The translations under genes and the position numbers were made by a program. From Octopus vulgaris (lineage: Eukaryota), in contig OX597823.1 in NCBI GenBank assembly GCA_951406725.2, positions 102,486,001 to 102,550,000 on the forward strand: a stretch of 64,000 bases of DNA, read 5' to 3'. Position 1 is the first letter of the stretch. Each line of letters opens with the position of its first letter. The notes under the pieces were generated by a model. That model was given only the letters and a program-made list of their open reading frames with translations. It had not been told where the DNA came from and made no database searches. Below are positions 52,896 through 64,000 of the stretch, piece by piece.

Positions 52896-54544
52896 GTATA
52901 GTGCTTCATTTTTGAAAATGATAGGGTATGCTTTGTTGGGAATTTGGATGCTACTTCAAGCAAGTCAGTTGACCATGTAGATGTTCCCCTTGCTAGCTTG
53001 TGGTCTCCAGATGTTACTTGGGACATGTGTACTTAAAATACAATAAAAAGGAAACAATGTGAAAGTATGCTTCTCTTACTAATTGTTTTTGAATTGTTGA
53101 TGGTTCTAGAATGTGTTGTTGGATTAAGGTTTATTACTATTATCATTATTGCATGTAATTCTTAATTAGTGTAGCATATTTTTAGAAAAAATAATAAAAG
53201 CCTTTGTGAGTGTGTGACTGTGATCTAATTTTAATACCACATGAAGTGAAGAGGTCAACAACAGTTATGGTATGCCTCTTCTTTGTATTGTCATACTTCA
53301 TACTAAAGCCCTCAATTCTCTCGCTCTTAATTTTAAAATGGTATTAAGTATAGGAAATCATGTCAGTATTAAGCAATCTTAATTTAATTGCACATTTATT
53401 TATTTTCTTATTCCTTATTGTTTTTAGTATTTTATCTAAAAAAGAAATCCAACATACAATTTACAATGTAACCATTTACTTTCCATAGACACAGGCATGA
53501 CTCTGTGGTTAAGAAGATCACTTTGCAGCCAAGTAGTTTTGGGTCAGCCACACTGTGAGGCATCTTCGACCAGTGTCTTCTACTATAACCCCAGGCTGAC
53601 CAATGTCTTGTGAGTGAATTTGTCTGGAAGCCTGTCATATATATAAATAACAAAGATGTATAAGTGTCAATTCATTACAGCCATTTCAAGCGACTCCTTT
53701 AATTGATCGGTAAAAGCATTACATTATTACAAAGGAAACCATTCTCATCAGATGACCGCATAGACTTCAAGCATAAAGGACAAGTTAGATATTTAAACAT
53801 ATTCATCAATAGAGAGCAAATATTTACAATGGTTCCACTGCTAAATTTAAAAGGAATACCTCTTAAAGGATTATGGGTGGGATATAAGTTAAGAGAGAAA
53901 TGGAGGGAGTAAGTTTTAGACTTAGTTTACTTATACCATTAAAGCAAAATATAAATATATTGATATATAAAGGCTAGACAGAAATTTCAAATATTACTAA
54001 ATAAGGGGATAACGTATAATTTAATATATGATAATATAAGATTGCAGCATATAACAAATTTTATGAAAAAGTTTAAAAATTATATATTGCCACCAGATAT
54101 TTATGCTGTAAAAACTTAAAAAAGGGAAGGAAATAAAAAATCAAAACGAATTAAAATATTAACAACTATAAATATAATATGAAAAAATATAAAGAATATA
54201 TATACATAACAGAATGAAAATATAAAAAATATATTAAAAAATATGTGTAATAAAAATACATTATATATAGATGAACTGTTATACCTGTAGATTGTGGTGT
54301 TTGTAACATGTGTGTGAGTATGTGTGTTTAAATACATATAACATCTTAATAAAATATTACTGTCACTATTTAAACCAAACTGACAGGACCAAGTGACATA
54401 TCTTTTTTTAAATGTTATATAATTCTATTTACTGAGTTATAACCTATTAACTTATTGGCTTCCGCAACCCAACTGCTCACACTCTTGAGCTACAACCCAA
54501 GCATCTCATTCCATGTTTTCCTTCCACAGCCTCATCTTTCCCCT

Positions 54545-54695
54545 CTTGGAGTGGTTGGCGTTAGGAAGGGCATCCAGCTGTAGAAACACTGCCAGATCAG
54601 ACTGGAGCCTGGTGCAGCCTCCTGGTTTCCCTGACCCCGGTCGAACTGTCCAACCCATGCTAGCACAGAAAACGGATGTTAAACGATGATGATGA
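54545..54695 (+). mobile_element. RTE LINE 3' tail
   Basis: GGAGTGGTTGGCGTTAGGAAGGGCATCCAGC...(GAT)n. Confidence 0.8.
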
Positions 54696-55244
54696 TTCTA
54701 TTTGTGGACTCTCCTGTTGTAGATGACAGGTGAGTGTTCTGCAGTTCCTTGCTGAACAACCTGCTCTGAAGATCTGTTTATAGCAATCAAATGTTTGTGC
54801 CGTACATTGGTTCACTCCTTCCATCAAATCAATATTACCTGTGCAGGTGCATGGTGTGCTGCACATCATATATCAAAGTGATCACAGAGTAATGTGAGAT
54901 GGAGTGTTTGGCTCAAGAACACAATGCACTGCCTAGTCTGAGAATCAAACCCACAATCTCACAGCCATAAGTGCAACAACCTAACTAAATGCCCTCGTAT
55001 TTTAGTGCAGCTCATATAACTGGTACAGTGTAACTACTACACATTCTTTTTCAAAAAAAAATAAAATAGCTCTCTGCTTATCTTAGCATGCCAGCTGCAT
55101 ATATCGCATTCAAACCTATTCATCACATCAGCTTTTCCTCCTTTCATGACCTTCCTCAAATTACAGTCTTCCACAACCAATGTTTTCTTCAAACAGCCAC
55201 TACATCAATTTGATAAAACTTACTAGAAGATGGGCTCTTCTTAA

Positions 55245-55464
55245 CCCTTTCAGTACCAACCCGGCTGAAACCGGCTCTTGCTTTGAGTACAAATGTCTTG
55301 TTTTCATAAGTTTTGAATTAAAATCTTCCACCAAACCTTAGTCACAATTTATGTTCCTAACACTAGTTGAATGATAACTAAGTTATTTTACTAAATTCTT
55401 TGTTATATTTAACGTAATTCAAAGAAACACAGAATATCTCAAAATAGATACGGTATCGAAAGGG
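55245..55464. mobile_element. piggyBac-type MITE (220 bp)
   Basis: TTAA-CCCTTTCAGTACC ... GGTATCGAAAGGG-TTAA; perfect TTAA TSD, 11/13 TIR match. Confidence 0.85.
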
Positions 55465-58400
55465 TTAATGAAAGTGTTCATAGGAAAGGTGCATCAGTTC
55501 AATTGTTATGGGTAGTACTAAATCTAATGGGTCTTATCTTTCATCTGAAAGTGAAGAACAGAAAGTGTTATAGTTGTTGCTCATGCTGTCAGCAAGTAAA
55601 TGTCTACATTCCAAGCTACAGCATTATTCTTTCTGTTTTCACTCTCAAAGTGCGAGTAACTCGGGTCTATCAAATTCTTTCAGCCAAACATCATCGACAC
55701 AGACCATCACCAGTTTCCTTGGATTCTGGATTTCACTCTAACTAAAACGAAGCTGCTGTTTATAGATTTTACAACAAAATACAATCTTCACAATGATTCA
55801 GTGCAATGAATGTCAAGGATTTATGTTACTATCATTTTAATGTATAGTTAATACCTCTCAGGTCACTCATTGCATTATTTGTAATCTATTTCCATCTGTC
55901 TGTCCGGTCAGTCAATTTGTCTGGACCAATTCAATTCTTCCACACCAAATGTCTTAATCTTCCATAGCAGTCTTCATATCCTCAACTTGATATTCAGTGC
56001 CTTCCTCAAGTTGATCGATATATGCTCTTCTTAGGCTGGCAAGGTAGCGGAACTGTCAGCACACCGGGCAAAATATTTAGCAGCATTTTGTCCATCTTTC
56101 TTCTTTCTCTGATTATTGAGCTGATCGTAGAAAGACTACCGTACATAACACTGCTTCAGTTCCAAGCAAATCTATGAATATGACATACTGCTATTAGAAC
56201 ATCATCATTTCTTAATAAGTCCACATCTGCATTGTTAGGTGTGTCTTAGCTCTGTGAGAAGTACTTTTAGCATTAGTAAACAACATTTAAGACTCCTTAC
56301 TTAGTTGAGATCAATGATCGGTGTCTATTATTGAAAGCAAAATTATTCCTTTTCTTCCATCAGTCTGATATCACTTTATATAACAAACATCAAATGTGTG
56401 CAGAAAGAAAAAAAAGACAAAACAAAAAACCCTACCTGAACATGAATTTCAATCTATACTGTTCAAGAAATCTATGTAACATGCAAACTTTATTTTATTT
56501 TATTTTATTTTATTTATTTATTTTGCATGTATCTAGATTAAATTGCAGACTAAGTTTTGCATAGAATTAACAAGTCTTTGTATTCTGATATTCTATACAT
56601 CTATTGTGAGGAATTCTTGCTTTTGAGATTGAAGATTACTTAGATCCTAATGTTTTTTTGTTTTTTATATTTCCTTAGTTTTTGCTCTGTTGTTGTATAT
56701 TCTTACAACCTGCATGATCTTTGATTATCTCAGATTTTTCAAATAAAGATGTCACTCATTATTGGGAATAATTAATTAATAGAATCACAAAAGAAAATTA
56801 TAAACATGAGAGCAATGGTTTTCAATCTAGAATTTATAAAAGACATTCTGAGATTGTAAATTGTTATTTGTTGCAGTCTGTTTTTAATTGTAAAACAATT
56901 TTTTTTTTTTTGATATGTAAAATTTTAGATTCTAATTATAGATATAGACTGACATTCTTCAGATTTTAGTCACATGTTGGAATACATTTTCTCTCTCTCA
57001 CCGCTCTCTCCCCCGTTAATAAAGAGCTAAAAACCTTCAACTTATTAACGAATAGCTTTTACAGCTCATTCTTTCTTTGCCTTCTTAAAGGAAATAATTT
57101 GTACAAACTGATGTTTTTCTCAATTCATCATTTCTATAAAAGTTGTCACTAACTGTCCAGTATTGTGGTATTTTCATAGCAACAACTGTGCTTACTGTGC
57201 TATTTATTATTTTTTTTAATAGAAAGGATTATTATTATTATTATTATTATTTGTTTTATTTTCTTTTTTTTTTTTTTACAAAGATCTTGTATGCCACTTC
57301 TAAGCCATAGAAAATCAATATCGCCTATCGTTAGTGTTGTTTCTATGTTTACATCATTTCCTCATCTCTTTCTATTCAACAATCCATGTTACAATTTTAA
57401 GCTTGGTTTCATTATTATATTTTCTTATTTTTTAATTTTATTTTACTCTTACTTATTATTATGTAAGTCTAGCCATTTTTTCTTTTTTTTTTCGAATTCT
57501 GAAATGAGTTTTCGCTTAATTTAAAATTTAAAAAAATTATCATTTTTTTTTTTTTACTTTGCACTGAACTGTTATTTATTTATGTTACTTATTGTTAAAA
57601 TTCTGTTGCAAAGTTCCGATCATACTTTTTCTATATATTATTATTACCATAGAATTATTTAATTTGGTCTTAAGTGGGGTTTTTTCCTTCATCTCGACCT
57701 CATTGCCTACTTAGAACTTCCATTTGACAAGTATTGCTTTCATGAAAATACAGTGGTTGGTATATAATGTATGGCCCAGTTAAAATTACAAGACTTAAGT
57801 TATCACTTGTCTTAACTATGTCACTTGACTGCATTTATGTTATGCATATAGTAAAATGGTTTTTGCAGAGCTGCTCTATTTTCAGATGTATTGATTACTT
57901 TTAGTCTTGCCAACTGAGTAAAATATGATTCACTGAAGAGGTGTAATGAGACTGAAACATGCTTGTTATTTTTACCCATTGACTTTATAAAACAGATCCA
58001 TTCTAATTCTTTAATCTCACTGGTGTTATATCCTTTGTGTGCTGCTTATCTCCCAGAGAAATTTTGCACCTACCAATTACTTTCATCGTTTATTTTTTTC
58101 AGTCATTGGATGGTAGCCATGCTGGGGCATTGCCTTGGAGGGTTTAGTCAAACAAATTGACCCTAGTACTTAATTTTTAAGTCTGGTCCTTATTCTATCA
58201 GTCTCTTTTACTGAACACTAAGATACAGGGAGGTAAACAAACCTCCACTGGTTATGAATAGATGGAACAAATGCACATGCACACGCACACACACACACAC
58301 ACACATATATATATGCTCATGATGGGCTTCCACACAATTTCTGTTAACCCTCATCTAAAATGTGTCTATTTGTGTCTGAGTGTGTGTGTGTTTGTGACAA

Positions 58401-58599
58401 ATCTAAAGACACATGCAAAACAATCAAAACACAAAACATCCATCCATCATTTTCGCCACTTGCTATTCCTCAGAGGGTTGTGGGGGTAGAATTCTTGGGT
58501 ACCTCCTGCCTTGTCCTCCATATGGTCCTGTCAGAAGTGGACATTACTATACTTTCCAGCTGGATTCGCAATTGTAACCAATTAAGAGTATGAACATTA

Positions 58600-59560
58600 T
58601 CCAGCCATGTTGCTCTTAGTCTGCCCCTGGGTATCTTGCTGGTTGTCTTGGCTTAGAGAATTTGTCTTGCTATCCTTTCCTGCAAGGTTCTATTCACATG
58701 TCCATAGTACCAGAGCTATGATTTCTCAATGCAGAGAAGGAGGTCTATTAAACCTAAAAGGTCAAAGAAGAGGACCAAAGAAGAAATTCTATGCAATTTT
58801 TCTGTTTGCTGATGGTTGCCCTTCAATTTCTCATGCATTTGAGGGGATTCAGGAAATGATTGACAGGTTTTCTGTGGCAGCTCATTTGGACCATCAGCAT
58901 CAAGAAGACTGAAGTTTTATTCCCACCAAAGCCTGGGACAGAACACACTCAAGATTCAAATGTGATGATTGGTAATAAACCACTCAAATGGGTCAAGTCA
59001 TCTAAATATCTTGTACAGTAAACTTTAAGAGTACCATTGATGATGAAACCAATGTTAGAATATGTAAGGCTACAAGTGCTTTTGGAAAATTTTCCCATCA
59101 TTTGTGGGATGAACATGGTATCAGTCTGAAAACTAAAATAAATGTATATAGATCTTGAATTTTGAGCACACAATTGTATGGGTCAGAAGCACCAACTCTC
59201 TACTACAGATATAGAAAGAAACTTGAAACCTTTCACATGTCTGTGCCATATCTGAACCAAAATGGCAAAATATGATAGAAAAATGTAATATCTCCAGTAT
59301 CAAAGCATGCTGCTGAGAATTCAGTGCAGATGGTTTGGACATGTTTGAATGAGAGGTGATTGCATTCTAATAATTCTTTTGTATGGCCAACAAATATAGA
59401 GATACTGTGGTAAAGGAAGACCTATCCTTAGGTGTAAGGATAAGTTGAAGCAATCACTAAAGTTTCTACAGCTTAAATTGACATCTTCAGAAGGTCATTG
59501 CCTAGATTGATCTGCATGGCATAAAATGTGTCAAGATGCATCAAAACGATTTGAGTTGAA
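58600..59560 (+). pseudogene. Old RTE/BovB-like RT fragment (different lineage from 25160-27357)
   Basis: FLFADGC...GIQEMIDRFSVAA; ASAFGKF; GISLKTKINVYRS*ILSTQLYGSE; RWFGHV; GRPILRCKDKLK. Confidence 0.65.
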
Positions 59561-59884
59561 GAAACAACAATAAAAGAATTATATCCTGCAATGAACACAT
59601 GTAACTTTTAGTGTATTTATATCAATTTCACTTACACTACTAGCAGCTTTGAGAAAGATATGACTGTCATACCTCACTTCCTCTTATTCTACATGTATGT
59701 ATTTGTGTCTAAGTAAGAAAGCATCACAAGAAACTTGCAAGGGAACCTCTATGAATCATTTGGTCTGCAAGAAATAACAGCTAAATTTCCCTCAAAATTA
59801 TGCCCTGTCATTATCATCATCATTGTAACATTCACTTTTCCAACCCTCACCTGTTTCCAAGCAAAGTAATATTTCCCCAAGGCC

Positions 59885-60134
59885 AGCCTTGTGAGTGGAT
59901 TTGGTAGACAGAAACTGAAAGAATCTTCTCATATGTGTGTGTGTGTATTTTTCCCCCTAACATCACTTGACAACCGATGCTGGTGTGTTTATGTCCCCAT
60001 AACCTAGCGGTTTGGCGAAAGAGACCAATAGAATAAGTACTAGGCTTACAAAGAATACGTCTTGGGGTCAATTTGCTCAACTAAAGGCAGTGCCCCAGCA
60101 TGGCTGCAGTCATATGACTGAAACAAGTAAAAGA
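59885..60134 (+). mobile_element. SINE family A (3' two-thirds)
   Basis: GTGAGTGGATTTGGTAGAC...GACTGAAACAAGTAAAAGA. Confidence 0.8.
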
Positions 60135-60135
60135 A

Positions 60136-61090
60136 TTTGCGAACGACACACCGGTCTCACGCCATTTCCGCTCCACTGGTCACTCCTTGCAACACCTGTC
60201 TGTGTTCGGTTTGTCCTTGCACAGAGGCCATCCGGATTCCCGTTTGCGCCGTGAACAGGAATTAATCTTCTCTCTTCGCTCTTATACGCCATTTGGTCTC
60301 AACTCTCCCCCACCTCCTCATCTAACCCCCCTCTCCCCCCTCCTCATCTAACCTCCCCCCCCCGACCCCTACTTCTCTTCAGTCCTTCATCCTTTCATCC
60401 CTACTCTTCTTCCCTCTTCCCCTTCCCTCTTTCTCTCTGCTCCCTCACTCCCCTTCTCTCTCTCTCCCCTCTCCCTCTATCCTCCCCTCCTCTTCTCCTC
60501 TCCTTCCTTCTCCCCCTTCTCTCCCCTCCTCTTCTCTCCTTCCTTCTCCCCCTTCCCCCTCCTCTTCTCCCCGTTCTTTCTCCCCCTCCCATCCCCCCTT
60601 ACCTCCCCTCTTCCCTCATCTCCTCTCTCTACACTACACCATACGACTTTACACATCACATCATATATACATACACACGTCCAGACCTCTCATGCACACT
60701 AATACTCTCTCATACACACACACACACACACTCTTCTCATATACACACACACACACTCTTATGTTGGAGCGAGGTCATTTAACCCTATTATCTCCCCTAA
60801 TTTCGCTCTTGCGTCTCACGTTTGATCTTTGACTTCTGGCCGAAATCAGATCGCCATGTTGATTCGCTAGCCTCTGCACGCATTTTTTTTTTCTCTCCTT
60901 CTTTCTGTGTTTCTTCTCTGTGTATCTTTCTGTTGAAGAGCGTAGGCTCGAAACGTTAAAGACTAGTTTTATTTATATTTCCTGAGCACCATACTAATAC
61001 AATTGTTTGTTTGTATTCCACCTGCCTTCGTCTTTTGTTTATTTCCGTAAACCTGCCTTCGTCTTTTGTCTATTTTCATAAAGCTTCCCG
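60136..61090 (+). mobile_element. 5'-truncated Penelope-like element: GIY-YIG C-terminus, pyrimidine-rich UTR, pLTR with hammerhead variant
   Basis: 60151-60303 encodes PVSRHFRSTGHSLQHLSVFGLSLHRGHPDSRLRREQELIFSLRSYTPFGLN (PLE endonuclease C-terminal pattern PVxxHF...HS...ExxLI..L....PxGLN); CpG retained; 60860-61090 matches ~22480-22650 and ~51230-51420. Confidence 0.8.
60925..60962 (+). ncRNA. Type-I hammerhead-like motif, CUGUNGA variant, copy C
   Basis: UCUUU-CUGUUGA-A-GAGC-guag-GCUC-GAAAC-GUU-AAAGA. Confidence 0.62.
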
Positions 61091-61177
61091 TTATATATAT
61101 ATATATATATATAATAGGGAATATGATTCCAAACTTACAGGGAATAATTCAAATAATACTAAATCAAATTTCACAAA

Positions 61178-61225
<48 letters not shown>

Positions 61226-61279
61226 AAAATTTTTTAAATATATATATATATATACATACATACACACACACTCACTCAC

Positions 61280-61435
61280 TTCAGTTTCGGTCTACTGAAT
61301 TTGCTCACAAGATTTTGGTTGGTCCAGGGCTATTGTAGAAAAAACTTGCCCTAGGTCCCACGCAGTTAGACTGAACCCAGAACCATGTGGCTGGGAGGCA
61401 AGCTTCTTAACTACTCAGCCACACCTGTGCCTGCA
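61280..61435 (-). mobile_element. SINE family A 5' half
   Basis: TTCAGTTTC...ACTGAACCCAGAACCATGTGG...CAGCCACACCTGTGCC. Confidence 0.7.
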
Positions 61436-61859
61436 TCTATATGACAATTCAAAGGTTTTGACTTTTAACATTTGCAAAACAATTTATGTTAAAAATATCA
61501 GTTTATGTTAAATGACTTATTTCCTTTGTGGGATATGATTCAAGTTAACTTGTTGAATAATAATAATAATAATAATAATAATACTAAGAAATTTTTCTGT
61601 TGTAATATCTTCTTTTTTTAACCTTCTGATTATGTTTCTTTAAATCATTTGTTTTATGGCTTCAAACTTCTGACAATCTTCAAAGGAAAAAAAAAAGCAA
61701 GATGGATTAAATTAGAGCAACCCTGGAGGAGTAAAGTTAAAGAACACTCCACCTTGTTTTCCTCTTCCTCTTTGCACCCTCTCTCTCTTTCATGCACACC
61801 TCTTCAAACAGAAACCATATCTTTCATGTGACTAAGATTACATCAGTTTTTCCTTCTCC

Positions 61860-61921
61860 ATGTCAATCTTGCTCAGTTTTTCCCTCCACTTCTCTTCTCT
61901 GTTTCTCCATCTATCTGTCTC

Positions 61922-61954
<33 letters not shown>

Positions 61955-61973
61955 TGCTGTCTGTTTTTCTCTC

Positions 61974-62024
<51 letters not shown>

Positions 62025-62125
62025 ATAGTAGTATGCAGACATAAATCTTCATGTAATATCTATTGGCTCAATCTAAAAGTTAATGAGGGTGATACGTAAT
62101 CTCACTACAAGATGCAATTGACTGT

Positions 62126-62161
<36 letters not shown>

Positions 62162-62175
62162 CCTCTCTCCCCTTC
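61860..62175. repeat. (CT)n/(GA)n microsatellite cluster
   Basis: Long CT runs; source of the poly-ER/poly-SL ORFs. Confidence 0.9.
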
Positions 62176-62724
62176 CTTCTTCCAACTCTCATAGTTTGCT
62201 CCAATAATGACTAGAATGTGATTCTCAGTTACAGAAGAAAACAAAATTGCTGGAGGAGAATTGTAGTAAATTTCATATGATTTTGTTTGTGTGTGATAAA
62301 AAAATATTTTTAGCACAAAAGTAAGTAATCTTTTTATTTTCCCTTTAGTCAGTGCAAGAGTGCACATGTAGCTTTGGAGAAGAGAAAGGGACATAGAGAT
62401 TTGCAATAAAAATATTTTTTCCATTTTTATAATTTGACAATTTTTACCTGCAACTTCACATGCATTTATGCAGTTTTTTTGTTTTCCCCACCTCTTTCCC
62501 TCCCTCTTCCTTTACTATCTTTCCCTCGTTCTCTCCTTCATCAGTTGTGCAGCTGGCTGTTCAGTAAAACTTTCAGTGTTTGCTAGAATTCATGATGATC
62601 CAAATCCGTCTCTTATTTTGTATACATACATACCTACATACAAGCAATATATGTATTGTCTTTACCAGTTGCTTTACCAAATCAATTAATCTTATATTTG
62701 TTACTATTGTTTTTATTTTTAAAT

Positions 62725-63072
62725 ATTCAACATCAAAAATCAATGGAAATTGTAGTTGTGATCCCTGTGCCAGTGGCACGTAAAAAGCACCATCCGAACG
62801 TGGCCGATGCCGGTGCCGCCTTGACTGGCTTTCGTGCCAGTGGCACATAAAAAGCACTAACGATTGTAGCCGTTGCCAGCCTCGCCTGGCACGTAAAAAG
62901 CACCCACTACACTCACGGAGTGGTTGGCGTTAAGAAGGGCATCCAGCTGTAGAAACACTGCCAGATCAAGACTGGAGCCTGGTGCAGCCTCCTGGCTTCC
63001 CAGACCCTGGTCGAACCGTCCAACTCATGCTAGCATGGAAAACGGACTTTAAACGATGATGATGATGATGAT
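62725..63072 (+). mobile_element. RTE LINE 3' fragment
   Basis: Minisatellite units plus family 3' end plus (GAT)n. Confidence 0.8.
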
Positions 63073-63922
63073 TATACTGCTCTGATAAAAAGTTTGTAAA
63101 ATAGATTCTTTTTTTTTTTTTATTGTATTTTTGGAAACAAAATTTTTGCCAATAATTACATCAATTCATTGATTATTCTTATTCACTTTATTCTTTAATT
63201 ATTTGGTTACAAACAAACCTATCATATTCTTATGTATTCTTCGCTGATCTCTGTTGTTTTTATAGACTCTGTATATTTTTCTTCAGATGAAAAGGTTGTT
63301 GTTGCTCTTTTTGTTGTTATTTTATCTTTTGATTAACCCTGGTTGATCAAACTTATGACTGAAAGCATTTCAGCTGTGATCACTCCATCTTTTAGGGGCT
63401 ATCTACGATTTACATTATCAAATGTGCCCTTCTCTTTTGTTAAGATAGCAGGATGTGCTTTGAAGAAGATTTTTATTGCTTCTTCTAACTGAGCAACCAT
63501 ACAGAGCATCAAACCCCAAAACCTGTTTGCACTACTGACCAATTTCATACAAGGCAATTTTTCCACAAACTGGAGGACCATGTGCTAAACAAAACACTAT
63601 AAAGTACATTATATATAATTCAATTATTACATATCTCATACAAAAACACCTTGCAGATTGCAAAAATCAATTAAATAGGAATGGAGTTTTAAATTTTTAT
63701 TCTTTCTCTGCAACCCAGTACCAAATTATCCACAGTTCAGTTCTGGTCTCTGGCTCAGTGATTGGGGACTCTTGACATAGAGGTTTGCAGAATTACAAGT
63801 TCTCATAGCATGTAGAAATTCCTCTAAATAGTAGAAGATATTATAGTTCTATATTTAAGAGATGAGGAATTATGTACATTATTTAAATTCAATGGATATT
63901 TGTCCTCATCTTGTTTGTTGTT

Positions 63923-63968
63923 AACATAACATTTCGGCTGATACACCCTCCAGCCTTCTTCAGGTGTC
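63923..63968 (-). ncRNA. Minimal type-I hammerhead ribozyme-like motif with canonical core
   Basis: Minus strand: GACAC-CUGAAGA-A-GGCUG-gaggguguau-CAGCC-GAAAU-GUU-AUGUU. Perfect 5-bp stem II; stem I has one mismatch. Confidence 0.65.
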
Positions 63969-64000
63969 TTGGGGGAAATTTCGAACCTGGGTTCTCATTC

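Larger units (their letters stand above)
11363..64000 (+). other. Probable giant first intron of the SMAP gene (open-ended)
   Basis: Starts at the GT donor. No sequence encoding the expected next exon (GPRWASWNxGxFxCIRCAGIHR) was found by eye in the rest of the window. Confidence 0.6.

Overview
AT-rich, microsatellite- and repeat-dense animal DNA. The SINE and RTE-LINE repertoire strongly resembles octopus (coleoid cephalopod) genomes; this is an inference from repeat families. Only one host-gene exon is supported: coding exon 1 of an ArfGAP of the SMAP1/SMAP2 family (11245-11362, +). It is missing from the ORF track and lies in a CpG-retaining, repeat-poor promoter zone. I could not find exon 2, so the remaining ~52.6 kb appear to be one giant first intron. 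The rest is transposon-derived: many tRNA-derived SINEs, 5'-truncated RTE LINEs with (GAT)n tails and a ~60-66-bp 3'-UTR minisatellite, Penelope-like elements (PLEs), Gypsy and CR1-like fossils, a near full-length decayed mariner, a deleted piggyBac and a piggyBac MITE, hAT and Tc1 MITEs, and stacked Helitrons. The most notable signals are (i) about eight minimal type-I hammerhead-ribozyme-like motifs, some linked to PLE 3' ends, including a three-copy family with a non-canonical CUGUNGA core and compensatory stem changes, (ii) a near-perfect 106-bp-arm palindrome and a ~350-bp-arm foldback, and (iii) a Helitron stack carrying a LINE-ORF1-like fragment. Nearly all ORF-track entries are microsatellite or repeat artefacts. 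Coordinates were read by eye; repeat boundaries are approximate.
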